The notes under the pieces are model-generated. The model was not told the DNA's origin and searched no databases. It worked only from the letters and a program-made list of their open reading frames with translations. Made by a program: the position numbers and the translations under genes. Positions 19,718 through 29,212 of a DNA stretch of 64,000 nucleotides are shown one piece after another. This stretch comes from Patescibacteria group bacterium. Its GTDB lineage: Bacteria > Patescibacteriota > Microgenomatia > 0-14-0-10-38-17. Positions within the stretch are counted from its first letter, which is position 1, and every line of letters starts with the position of its first letter. The DNA lies in contig JBMNNJ010000001.1 of assembly GCA_050953885.1 (NCBI GenBank), forward strand, positions 9,137-73,136. The letters are read 5' to 3'.

Positions 19718-20296
19718 TTCGACTCGCTACGCTTGCTCATGGCTATAGCCGGAAGGGAATCAGTTCTCAAAGAATTTGACATAACGATTATTTCCTATTA
19801 TTTCCCAGAATTTAAAGAAGAATTGATTGAGAAATTAAGAAAACAAAAGGAGCCAAAAGGGAGGCAGAATTTCTAAAATTAAAAAAGTGTGTTTATCTTG
19901 ATATCTTTCAACACATCAAGAACGTCATCATGTAAATAGTTAACTTTATTTTTCGTTTCTCTTGAATAATCTGCAATATCTGCTACCCAATTCCAAACAT
20001 CCTCAAAATTAGATCGCATATTTCTAATTTGAATAGAAATATAAATTAAAAAGATAAAGAAAATCAACCATCTATTATTTTCAATAAATCTATTAATTTT
20101 TTTATCATAATATTACTATAACATTTTGATATTTTTTAAGATTATACTAATTTAGCTTCCAGAAATGACTCCTCTAGAAGCTAAAACCATAAAGCTAATA
20201 GTCTGTTAGAATATTTATAGAAAAACATTCAAGTAGAATCTCTGACACTGATTGTGAATTTTACGGGCGTAGAAAATTAATTCAATCATTTGAAAA

Positions 20297-21691
20297 ATGA
20301 ATGACCAAATATTAAAAATAATCCGGGGAAAAAAGAATAGTTCTTGGTGGTTAAAATCAGAAAAAAAGGTTATTGACAGATACGGTTATATTTTCCAACC
20401 AGGCAATTTGGGCAATCTGACAAAAGAAGACTTCTTATCATTTTTGCTTGTTAAAAACAATCTTCATTGGGAAGGAATCCATCGCCACCAGGAGTCTATT
20501 ATTTTGGATATGGAGAAACTAAAACGAACATTAACTTTTTTATTGAATGAATCAAAGAGTCTTACTGATCGCCTAAATAGTCTTTCGCCTAAAAATGGAG
20601 AATATTATATTAAGGGTCTTGGAAAAGCTATTATCACCCCAATATTGCTTGTTGTTTATCCTGATAAATACGGGGTTTGGAATCAAAAAAGCGAAGATGC
20701 TTTAAAGAAATTAGAATTATTTCCTGAATTTCAAAGAGGAAATTCTTTTGGGGAAAAATATGCCAAGGTGAACAATGTTTTAAACAATTTAAAAGAAAAA
20801 TATGCGATTAGTCTTTGGCAGCTTGATGGTGTGTTAGGAGAAATTGCTGGCAATGGCCCGTTTGAAATAATTGTTGACGAAGAAAATAAAGAAAAGGAAA
20901 TAGAAAAGAAAGATAAACAACTAATAAGATTTTGTAAATATTGTGGTGAAAGAATTGATGCCGACTCGATATATTGTTGTTTTTGTGGCAGAAAGATAGT
21001 CTCAAAAATAAATGAAAGAAAAAGTTACAAAAGATTGAGCTTTTATTCTCGAGAAGAATTATTAGAATATGCCGAATTTGTTAATAAAAATTATCGTTTG
21101 GGTGATAAAGGACTTTTGTATTACAAAAAAGTAATCGGTTTTCATAAAAAATACGGTGATATCAAAGGGCTTTTGAGAGATGAAGATTTTTTAAAAACTA
21201 TTTATGAGACCCTTAAGGCTTGGAATATGAATCAAAGAGGTGCTAGGTTAAAAAGTCTACCTGAAATTAAAAAATCGATCTTAAATTTAGAGGATGACAT
21301 ATCTTGGCTATCTAATTATGAATTAGACTCTTTAAAAGAAGCCGAACTTGAAGAAGTTCTTAATAAACTTAAAAAGGTTTTTATCAATTTAAAACCAATG
21401 AAATCGAGGACTCAAATCGTAGGTACCTCAAAATTAATGCATTTTTTATTGCCAAATTTAGTGATGCCGATGGATAGAAAATACACCTTAAGTTTTCTTT
21501 CTCTAGGTCATAATTATTGGAAGGATATTAGAGCAGAATTTGATGAATTTAAAAGAGTTTTTATAATATTTTATAGATATGCTGAAAAATTTAGTTTGAC
21601 CGTTGACGATACAGATGATCAAGCCTGGAATCTATCAGTACCAAAAATTATTGACAATGCGATTATTGGTGTTCAGAAATCTAATAATTAA
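20297..21691 (+). CDS. AT-rich hypothetical protein: two helical HhH-like domains around a zinc ribbon
   Basis: KGLGKAIITPILLVVYPDKYGVWN; CKYC..CCFCG zinc ribbon; IVGTSKLMHFLLPNLVMPMD. Confidence 0.55.
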   Translation: MNDQILKIIRGKKNSSWWLKSEKKVIDRYGYIFQPGNLGNLTKEDFLSFLLVKNNLHWEGIHRHQESIILDMEKLKRTLTFLLNESKSLTDRLNSLSPKNGEYYIKGLGKAIITPILLVVYPDKYGVWNQKSEDALKKLELFPEFQRGNSFGEKYAKVNNVLNNLKEKYAISLWQLDGVLGEIAGNGPFEIIVDEENKEKEIEKKDKQLIRFCKYCGERIDADSIYCCFCGRKIVSKINERKSYKRLSFYSREELLEYAEFVNKNYRLGDKGLLYYKKVIGFHKKYGDIKGLLRDEDFLKTIYETLKAWNMNQRGARLKSLPEIKKSILNLEDDISWLSNYELDSLKEAELEEVLNKLKKVFINLKPMKSRTQIVGTSKLMHFLLPNLVMPMDRKYTLSFLSLGHNYWKDIRAEFDEFKRVFIIFYRYAEKFSLTVDDTDDQAWNLSVPKIIDNAIIGVQKSNN

Positions 21692-21711
21692 AAATGACAA
21701 GCATACTATAC

Positions 21712-21752
21712 ACTACTACACACCCGATGTGATTTACCCTTTGCACATCGGG
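21712..21752. repeat. CACCCGATGTG...CACATCGGG hairpin
   Basis: 32-bp core repeated at 23307-23338 with one mismatch; variant at 21857-21893; half-site at 26421-26440. Confidence 0.75.
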
Positions 21753-21963
21753 ATAAATAGGAGAATCATTTTTTAACCAGAGATTTATTTTTAACTAAGC
21801 CAATTATCAGAAAGAGCTGGAGAAGATTAAACATTTAACCTGGGAAAACTGATTTTGCCGATGTGCCATATCTGTTGCATATCGGGTGCGCAAGTCCTAG
21901 TTGTTTATTATTACAATGGGTAACGCAAAAGAGGTACTAAGTCAAGCAAGGGAATGGGTAATT

Positions 21964-23037
21964 TTAGATTTTTGTTAGTTCTCTTAAAAATCCTTCGAAT
22001 TGATCAGTTTGAAGGTCTTTGAGTTGTATTCGTGCAATTTTTCCGAATTGCTCGCCTCTGAAGGATACTCTTTCAAATTTGAAGGGCACCTTACTTAATA
22101 CCTTTTCAACGCCTTCTTTGTTTTTACTTGTTACCCAAATTTGAAAACCTCCACCTTCTGCGTCAGGATTTAACGGCAAGTTAATTGAAACTTTGTCATT
22201 AAAGGAAGTAACTGCATAAAAGTTAAGATACTTGGGAGATTTTGCAGATGAAATATTTGGGTAATTAGTCTGGTTACTGTTAATCTTATTCATTAAATCT
22301 AATAATTCAATAACTCGTTTTTCTTCAGGTCTTCCTCTGTAATAACTTAAAAATTCGTCGTCGGTTGGAACTATTTTTGAAGGTGTTGACTTACCGATGT
22401 CTTTTTTAATTTCGGCTCCATATAGCTTAGGAATTAGGATTTCAAAATTCTGATGTTTGTAAAATTCCAATTCAACTGCATAAATTGTAAACTCGCTATT
22501 ATTATTTAAAAAAACAATTAAATCTTTTAATTGAAGAGGGAGATGATCCATTAGGACCACAAACTTAAAGTTACCGTCATTCAAATTTCTTCTGATATTT
22601 TCCAAAAGAATATCGATTTCTTCTTCTGGAATATTAAAAAATTCATTTAGCCTTTGATTTAAAGTTTTGTTAAAATCCTTATTGATGTGTATATTAATTT
22701 GTTCAATAAAATCGGCAAAATCTCGATAGTTTGACCATAACGAAGCACCATAATCCAAAACTTGAGCAACCACAGTTCTTTTATCCGGGTTTTTATAAAG
22801 TTTGGTTTCAACAAGATAAATTTCGCCTTCTTTATCGACCCCTAGGGCATCAATCGGCCCACTGGCTGTATTAAATTCTCGAGCCAGAATCAAAAGCCGA
22901 ATATCTTCTTTAATATCATAAAGAGGAATACTTTCCGGATTATTGTAGATATATTGTTGAAGATGATCTTCTAGCTCGAAGTTACTTTTGTCTATTTTGA
23001 CTGCGTTTTTGCCGTTTCTTGAGATGATAATTGCCAT
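21964..23037 (-). CDS. NucS/EndoMS-like PD-(D/E)XK nuclease domain protein
   Basis: E..LQ.YI, REF....GPIDALGVD..G...LVETK....R.VVAQVLDY. Confidence 0.7.
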   Translation of the reverse strand: MAIIISRNGKNAVKIDKSNFELEDHLQQYIYNNPESIPLYDIKEDIRLLILAREFNTASGPIDALGVDKEGEIYLVETKLYKNPDKRTVVAQVLDYGASLWSNYRDFADFIEQINIHINKDFNKTLNQRLNEFFNIPEEEIDILLENIRRNLNDGNFKFVVLMDHLPLQLKDLIVFLNNNSEFTIYAVELEFYKHQNFEILIPKLYGAEIKKDIGKSTPSKIVPTDDEFLSYYRGRPEEKRVIELLDLMNKINSNQTNYPNISSAKSPKYLNFYAVTSFNDKVSINLPLNPDAEGGGFQIWVTSKNKEGVEKVLSKVPFKFERVSFRGEQFGKIARIQLKDLQTDQFEGFLRELTKI

Positions 23038-23044
23038 TTTCCCT

Positions 23045-23225
23045 CCAATTTTTTAATTGCCGGAGGGGATTAACTACAAAAGCTCCCCGTCAGCTGATGG
23101 TTCTTACGGAATCCACCCGCCAATCTTTCGATTGGTAACCTGCAGAAGATAACACTGGCGAAAAGCTTTCGCCTCTTCTGCAGGATTTTCTTGCCATGCC
23201 CAAAGGCTTGCGCCTCTGAGTTTAG
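23045..23225 (-). ncRNA. candidate structured 5' leader RNA
   Basis: consecutive hairpins with GCAA/GAAA/GTAA loops on the minus strand, between a TTGAAA-17-TATAAT promoter and the nuclease ATG. Confidence 0.5.
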
Positions 23226-23245
23226 ACAATATTATTGTTAAGGTG

Positions 23246-23274
23246 ATTATATAAAATTAGGGGTAGCTTTTCAA
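23246..23274 (-). promoter_or_regulatory. sigma70-type promoter
   Basis: TTGAAA-N17-TATAAT on the minus strand. Confidence 0.6.
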
Positions 23275-23300
23275 GTCTTCGTAATGTTCAGTTAACAGTA

Positions 23301-23346
23301 ATTACGCACCCGATGTGATTTACCCCTTGCACATCGGGTGCGTAAT
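23301..23346. repeat. ATTACGCACCCGATGTG / CACATCGGGTGCGTAAT hairpin
   Basis: perfect 17-bp inverted arms. Confidence 0.8.
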
Positions 23347-23544
23347 AGGTGACTCGGAATTTGCTAAGAAAATCGCCTCCGACCTTCCCAGAACAGCCAA
23401 TTTTTTGCTTTTATTATTTTTCTTGACATAAGGCTTTGCTGTTTTGGCATCGGAGAATTGTTTTAATGAGGCTAAAATAAGGCTTTTTGAAAGAAAAAGT
23501 CCTGCTTTTGCGTATAACAATTAGATACCAGTCAGTAAAAGGAG

Positions 23545-23931
23545 GTGAGAAAGATGACAAACAAAAAACTTTTAATAATGGTTTTATTGGCCTTAGGTGT
23601 TGGGATGCTATTTAAAACAACATCCTCTGTTTTTGCCTACCGGGGAGATTCCAATGCTCAGGGTCCGAATTGCACCCAAGAAAGGCATGAGGCGATGACC
23701 AAGGCGTTTGAAAATAATGATTATAACGCCTGGAAAAACTTGAAGCGGGGCAATGGCAGGATAACCCAAGTTATTAACGAGGGGAATTTTGCCAGATTTG
23801 CCGAAATGCGCCGGCTAATGCTTGACGGGAAAACCGAGGAAGCCAATCAAATCAGGGCGGAATTGGGTTTAGGCTTGGGTAATGGTTCAGGCAATGCTCA
23901 GGGAAAGGGTTACGGGAGAAAGAGCCGATAA
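23545..23931 (+). CDS. exported hypothetical protein
   Basis: signal peptide, Gly-rich tail, AAGGAGG RBS; upstream of ECF sigma. Confidence 0.7.
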   Translation: MRKMTNKKLLIMVLLALGVGMLFKTTSSVFAYRGDSNAQGPNCTQERHEAMTKAFENNDYNAWKNLKRGNGRITQVINEGNFARFAEMRRLMLDGKTEEANQIRAELGLGLGNGSGNAQGKGYGRKSR

Positions 23932-23949
23932 ACTTTTTTTCCAAAAAAA

Positions 23950-23984
23950 GCTAACGCTCCGCTTTAAAAAAGCGGGGCGTTAGC
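23950..23984. terminator. stem-loop, probable terminator
   Basis: GCTAACGCTCCGCTTT/AAAGCGGGGCGTTAGC. Confidence 0.55.
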
Positions 23985-24041
23985 GGTTGGTAAAAGTCAA
24001 AGAAGATTGTTTTTAGGCAATTTTAGCTATAATAATAAAAG

Positions 24042-24590
24042 ATGGTTAAAATATTAAAATTATCGGACGAACAATTGGTTGATTATATACGGGAAAAAGA
24101 TAAAGAAGCTTATGTTGAAATTGTTAACCGTTACAAGGATAGGCTGGTAAGATATGCGACATATTTAACGGGGGACAGCAACAACGCTTCCGATGCGGTT
24201 CAGGAAGCTTTCATTAAAGCTTACATAAATTTAAACGGCTTTAACACGAAAAAAAAGTTTTCAAGCTGGATTTACCGGATTGTTCATAACGAGGCCATGA
24301 ACTTATTGCGAAGGGATAATAAGGAATTGCCAATATTTAAAGATGTTGATTTTAAAAGCGGTGTTAACTTGGAAGAAGAATTGATTAAAAAAGAGTTGCA
24401 GGCGCATGCCCATCATTGTTTGAGCCAGATGCCGCTTATTTATCGGGAAGTGCTTTCTTTATATTTTCTCGAAGAAAGGTCATATGAAGAAATTAGTGAT
24501 ATTTTAAGAATTCCCATCGGCACGGTTGGAACCAGAATTAACAGGGCTAAAGTTTTGATGAAAAAAATATGCCAAAAAACAAAAAAATAA
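24042..24590 (+). CDS. ECF-family RNA polymerase sigma factor
   Basis: D.VQEAFIKAY, FSSWIYRI.HN, SYEEIS.IL.IPIGTV.TRINRA. Confidence 0.92.
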   Translation: MVKILKLSDEQLVDYIREKDKEAYVEIVNRYKDRLVRYATYLTGDSNNASDAVQEAFIKAYINLNGFNTKKKFSSWIYRIVHNEAMNLLRRDNKELPIFKDVDFKSGVNLEEELIKKELQAHAHHCLSQMPLIYREVLSLYFLEERSYEEISDILRIPIGTVGTRINRAKVLMKKICQKTKK

Positions 24591-25102
24591 CGAGATCATC
24601 GGCTGATAAAGCAGACTTGGGAGAAAAAGTTATGGCTAAAATTAGGTCGGGGCAGGTGAAGATGAAGCCGAAGTGGCTTTTTATCACCGGTTCGGTCCTG
24701 AGTTTGGCGGGCTTGATTGGTTTAAGCGTCAGCGCCGTATTTTTAATAAATATTGTTTTTTTCTTATTAAGAAAACATGGCTCGATGGGTCATTGGCGTT
24801 TGGAATTAATGCTTAATTCTCTCCCTTTTTGGGTACCGCTGGCGGCGATTATTTGCCTTGTGGGTGGTATTTGGCTTTTGAAAAAGTACGATTTTTCTTA
24901 TAAGAAAAATTTCACCCTAATCATTCTTGGTTTTATTTTTTCAGTTATTATCGCCGCCTGGCTGGTGGATGCCATTGGTTTAAATGAAAGATTACTGAAA
25001 GGGGGCCGAATGAGAAGGTTTTATCAACAGCTGGAAAAACAGGAGGAGACATTACCACGCGGGAAGGGAAACGGATTATATAGAAAAAATATCCAAAAAT
25101 AA
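24569..25102 (+). CDS. membrane protein, putative anti-sigma factor
   Basis: three TM segments, overlaps the ECF sigma stop. Confidence 0.55.
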   Translation: MPKNKKITRSSADKADLGEKVMAKIRSGQVKMKPKWLFITGSVLSLAGLIGLSVSAVFLINIVFFLLRKHGSMGHWRLELMLNSLPFWVPLAAIICLVGGIWLLKKYDFSYKKNFTLIILGFIFSVIIAAWLVDAIGLNERLLKGGRMRRFYQQLEKQEETLPRGKGNGLYRKNIQK

Positions 25103-25189
25103 TTTTTTATTTCGGAATTTAAAATTATTACCCCCAGCGGTGAATCATTAAGGCAATGAAGCGTGAGAAGTAATTAAAAAGGAGAAAGA

Positions 25190-26176
25190 TTAGTGCTTTT
25201 TTATTTCAATTACGCTGGAATTTTTTTTCGCTTTTATCCTTATCGTTCCGCCAACAGGGAAAGTGATTTTGGGGTCAGTATGGCCAAAATCAACTCCTGC
25301 CAAAACCGGTAAAGAAGACAGTTCTTTTTTGGTTTTGATAATTTGCCGAAGCATTTTATTGTTTATCCTGCTTTTCTTTTGAAAACGGCCAATCACCAAG
25401 CCTTTAACTTTTGAGAATTCCGGCAAGTGAATGATTGATTGTAAGTCTCGGTCAAAGTGGTAAGGATTTGATTCCTCATCGTCTTCAAGAAAGAGGATTG
25501 CTTTTGAGAGAGAGGGGAAAAACGGTGTTCCCTGAAGGAGATTAAAAGAGCAAAGATTGCCTCCTAAAATTGTTCCCTCTGCCCTGCCTTCGTTTAAAAC
25601 TAACCAGCCTTGGTTGGGAATAAGTTTTCTTTTTTCTTGGTTTTTATACCAAGGGTCATCGCTCCAAAATTGGCTGGGTTCAATCCTAAAAGGCTTTTTG
25701 GAAAAAAGACATTTTTTAAAGTAATTAAGGGTATAATCAAAATAAAGCTTTTGGCCGAAGGTAGAGTAATGAGGGCCGGAGTAGGTTATCAGACCGGTTT
25801 TGGCTAAAATAGCATTACTCAAAACGCTAATATCAGAAAATCCGCAAAGAATTTTAGGATTATTTTTGATTAACTGCCAGTCAATGTAGTCGAGTAATTG
25901 ATTGGAATTAAAACCGCCGATAACGGTTAATATTGCCTTAACGTTCTTGTCACGAAAGGCTTCGTGCAAATCCTCAATTCTTGAGCTAATTGAAGAGGAA
26001 GAAAAATCATCGCTTTCTTCAACGTGTTTGCCAAAAGAAAGTTTAAAGCCTAATTCTTTAAGCCTTTGGTTGGCAATTTGGCGAGATTCTGCCGAGATTA
26101 TTGACAATGAGCGCGCCGGGGCAATCACTCTTATTTCGTCACCCGCCCTTAGTTTTTCAGGAAAAATTTTCTTCAT
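25190..26176 (-). CDS. S66 family LD-carboxypeptidase (MccF-like)
   Basis: IAPARS, GFSDI nucleophile motif, GGNL, FLED, DFGHT.P. Confidence 0.9.
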   Translation of the reverse strand: MKKIFPEKLRAGDEIRVIAPARSLSIISAESRQIANQRLKELGFKLSFGKHVEESDDFSSSSISSRIEDLHEAFRDKNVKAILTVIGGFNSNQLLDYIDWQLIKNNPKILCGFSDISVLSNAILAKTGLITYSGPHYSTFGQKLYFDYTLNYFKKCLFSKKPFRIEPSQFWSDDPWYKNQEKRKLIPNQGWLVLNEGRAEGTILGGNLCSFNLLQGTPFFPSLSKAILFLEDDEESNPYHFDRDLQSIIHLPEFSKVKGLVIGRFQKKSRINNKMLRQIIKTKKELSSLPVLAGVDFGHTDPKITFPVGGTIRIKAKKNSSVIEIKKH

Positions 26177-26479
26177 TGAAAAGATTATAGCAAAAATCGC
26201 CGGCAGTGGTTACGGAAATACTATGTAGTATTTCCGTAACCAGGCGTAAATTAGGGGATAGTTCCTCTGATGTGTCTATTTAACCCACACCAGTGTGTTT
26301 ATCTCTGCTGCCGCCAAATTTCGTTTTTTGCTTCGCAAAAAGCGCCGCAAGAAAAGGTGTTGCCCTTGTCCCAGCTCTCCCTTGCGCGGGTAACGATAAA
26401 GAACTCTCTAATTTAGTAAACCACATCGGGTGTGTAGTAGCAGGGGGTACTACTTAGTCCACACTATGCGGAGATTAGA

Positions 26480-27592
26480 TTAATTTTGGTGATGTGCCAA
26501 GACATTGTATCCACTCCAAGGGCCTAGTTTTACCGAGACATCATCAAGGATAATCGGTTGTACATAACGTATGTTATCATCAATCTCTGGTAATTGCATT
26601 TTCAGATATTGGTAGGGTATTTGATAGTCTAAGGATGAGTGTTCCCGGACATTGTTGTAGTAATAAATGTAACCCAGGGCCTCATTCAAGAGATCTTTTT
26701 TGCTCTTAATCTGTAGGACCCTGGGAATGTAGAACTCTTCGTCATCGGTTCTATGGCTTCTTTCCAAATGAGCATTCTCCTCAGGATGACCTTTGTGGTT
26801 CTGGATTAATCTACAGCCAAAACCCCTGATCAGTTTTCTTAACTCTTTGACCTTCAACCAGGATCTACCCCCAAATTCCTCACCATTATCAACAGTAAAG
26901 GCAATCTCTGATTTAACCCCATGAGACCTTAACCAGGAAATAGTCCAAAGGTAAAAACACAAACCATTAGTCCAAGATTTTTCCTTGGAATAAGCAATTA
27001 GTTTAAACCTAGAGTTAACATCCAGGGCTCCCCATTGATAGTTGGGAATATCATATTGGTTAAGATGAATAATTTGCTTTTTAGTCAGGGCTTTCTGATC
27101 CCTAATGAATTTGATATCCATTTGGACAATCTCAAAAGGTTTGGCTGAATACCAGTCAACAAACTCCCTTGGTTGTTTTCTTCTCTTGTTTGATTTTAGT
27201 TTGTAAGTAAGCCTGTCTTTATTCCTCCTTAGAATGTGCCTGATTGTTCCTGGAGGAACAAGAATCCCTTCATGTTTCTCAAGGTAGCGTGATAATCTTT
27301 TTGGCCCCAGGTGGGTTTTGTTCTTGGCCTTAATGACTTTACCTTCTGTCTTGGCTGGTGTCTTGTTGGGCTGGTGTTTTGGTATCTTGGGTCTGTCTTT
27401 AAGATTGCCCTCTTTGCTTTTTGCCAAGATGTCATAAACCACTGTCCTGTTGACCCTAAAAACCCTGGCGGTATCAGCAATGTTGTGGCCATTAGTCTTT
27501 AGATACTCAATCACTGTTTGTCTGGCTGCTTCTGGATTAATCTTTCTTAATTCCTTGTAGTCTATCCGGATTCCATGGATTCCAGGACTCAT
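26480..27592 (-). CDS. transposase (HTH plus rve integrase core)
   Basis: QMDIK, TVDNGEEF, ENAHLERSHRTD.EEFY, YNN.R.HSSL. Confidence 0.9.
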   Translation of the reverse strand: MSPGIHGIRIDYKELRKINPEAARQTVIEYLKTNGHNIADTARVFRVNRTVVYDILAKSKEGNLKDRPKIPKHQPNKTPAKTEGKVIKAKNKTHLGPKRLSRYLEKHEGILVPPGTIRHILRRNKDRLTYKLKSNKRRKQPREFVDWYSAKPFEIVQMDIKFIRDQKALTKKQIIHLNQYDIPNYQWGALDVNSRFKLIAYSKEKSWTNGLCFYLWTISWLRSHGVKSEIAFTVDNGEEFGGRSWLKVKELRKLIRGFGCRLIQNHKGHPEENAHLERSHRTDDEEFYIPRVLQIKSKKDLLNEALGYIYYYNNVREHSSLDYQIPYQYLKMQLPEIDDNIRYVQPIILDDVSVKLGPWSGYNVLAHHQN

Positions 27593-27710
27593 GCTTTTTC
27601 ACCCCCTTTACTACACTCTCAAAATTAACACCCACCAATTTTAACACTCTTCTTACATATTCCTCATACCCAAACCTCATGAAGTGTATAGCATGTCCTG
27701 GACACCGCAC
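26488..27710 (-). mobile_element. IS481-like DDE insertion sequence, copy 1 (1223 bp)
   Basis: same length, ends and transposase as 41981-43203; imperfect terminal IRs; 5-bp duplication ATTTT at 26483-26487 and 27711-27715. Confidence 0.9.
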
Positions 27711-27756
27711 ATTTTTCCCTTGAGGGGAAAGAGGACTTGGAGTAAGATAAAAGCTA

Positions 27757-27867
27757 ATGCCTATTTATAAGCTTAAGGATATTCCCAAGTTGGAAAGGCC
27801 AAGAGAAAAACTAGTCAAGTATGGTCCCCAGTTTTTGGTAAACTCCGAGCTTTTAGAGAGCTTCTAA
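27757..27867 (+). pseudogene. radC: radC N-terminal stump
   Basis: MPIYKLKDIPKLERPREKLVKYGPQFLVNSELL then a stop inside a REP element. Confidence 0.75.
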
Positions 27868-27940
27868 CCCCCGGCGTTAAATAGCTTCAAGCCTCGGAAG
27901 AAAATATTATCTTGGCCATATATGGTGTTAAAATTAGTTT

Positions 27941-28471
27941 ATGGAAGAAAATGGGCAAAAGTTGAGAATTGCTCTTGGGAGCGCCTCTTCGCAAAAAGTT
28001 GGCTATCTTCGGGAAGTTTTGGCCGAAATTGGCATTAAGGCAGAGATTATTCCCAAAGAGGTGAAAAGCGGCGTTTCCGAACAGCCTCTTTGCGAAGCGG
28101 AAACCAAGAAAGGAGCGATTAACAGAGCCAAAGAGGCCCTGCGGCAAATTCCGGAAGCGGATTTTGGTTTGGGGATAGAAGTAGGATATCATCTTAATAA
28201 AGAAGGAAAGTACGAAATGTTTTGTTGCGCTTCAATTGTTGATAAAAATAGCTTTGTCCGATCTTGTTTCTCAAGCCGATTTTTGCTGCCCCCTTTTCAT
28301 CAGAGAATTCTTCGGCAAGGAAAATATTTGGGTGAATTCGTGAGGGAGTATAAGAGAGAAATAAATGAGCCGGTAACCAACTGTGTTCGGGAATTAATAA
28401 GGGGAAGAAAGCCGTTAATAAGTGAAGCCACCAGAAACGTTCTTTTGGTTTATTTGGAAGAAAGAAACTGA
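27941..28471 (+). CDS. YjjX/DUF84-like inosine/xanthosine triphosphatase
   Basis: ALGS.S..K, V.SGVSEQP...ET..GA.NRA, GLGIE.G. Confidence 0.75.
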   Translation: MEENGQKLRIALGSASSQKVGYLREVLAEIGIKAEIIPKEVKSGVSEQPLCEAETKKGAINRAKEALRQIPEADFGLGIEVGYHLNKEGKYEMFCCASIVDKNSFVRSCFSSRFLLPPFHQRILRQGKYLGEFVREYKREINEPVTNCVRELIRGRKPLISEATRNVLLVYLEERN

Positions 28472-28619
28472 ACAAAAACCCACCCCGGTGTGTCAAGCTA
28501 ATGTTGCTTTTAAATACTATTTCAGATTCTGAACCAGGACTTTTGTTATTAGAAAGCATGCTTAAATAGTCTTAAGAACGAAAAGGAAAATAAAAATGAA
28601 TAATTTGTGAATATTGAGT

Positions 28620-29150
28620 ATGAATGAATATAGCCCTGAAGATAATGTTCAAATTGAGAAAGCCATTAAGTTTCTTGTTGAGAGGATAAGTCATCACGGG
28701 AAAAATCCTAAACCAGTTATTTTGCATAGTATAAGAGTTGCCTTTAGCCTAGATGTGCTTGGATACGGTAGGGACGTGGTTATTGCCGCTCTTCTTCATG
28801 ACATTATCGAAGATTCAGAGACGACTGCTGAAGAAATAAAAGAGCTTTTCGGTAAAAAGATAAGTAAGCTTGTTGTCAGTTGTACCTTTGATAAAACAAT
28901 AGATGATGAAACAGAAATGTATAAAAAAAATTTTGAGAAAGCGGCAAAAACCAGCAAAGAAGCACTTGCTATAAGAGCAGCTGATTTACTAGATAATAGT
29001 AATTATTATCATTTAGTAAAAGATAAGCAACTATATCGAAGGCTTTTAAATAAGTTAGACTTTTTTTTGGTAGTTGCCAAGAAGATGATCTTTGGTGAAA
29101 AAATATACAAAGCCCTACTTAAGAAGAGAGGTGAGCTAGCCAATTTCTAA
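28620..29150 (+). CDS. stand-alone HD-domain hydrolase (Mesh1/SAH-like)
   Basis: P.ILHS.RVA, AALLHDIIEDS, AD.LDN. Confidence 0.75.
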   Translation: MNEYSPEDNVQIEKAIKFLVERISHHGKNPKPVILHSIRVAFSLDVLGYGRDVVIAALLHDIIEDSETTAEEIKELFGKKISKLVVSCTFDKTIDDETEMYKKNFEKAAKTSKEALAIRAADLLDNSNYYHLVKDKQLYRRLLNKLDFFLVVAKKMIFGEKIYKALLKKRGELANF

Positions 29151-29212
29151 TTGTTTGATACATCTGGTGTGTACTGAGTTGACGTATCGGGAAAATTGTC
29201 GCTTGCCTGCTC

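Noticed and set aside
19643-19876. ORFs 19643-19876 (+) and 19555-19782 (-)
   Set aside because: They overlap the tRNA-Gln; shadow ORFs
23090-23105. Hammerhead ribozyme (CTGATG)
   Set aside because: Reads CTGATGG, not CTGANGA, and lacks the matching stem arrangement
19718-23350. Integrated prophage or ICE at tRNA-Gln
   Set aside because: No integrase, no phage genes and no duplicated tRNA 3' end found
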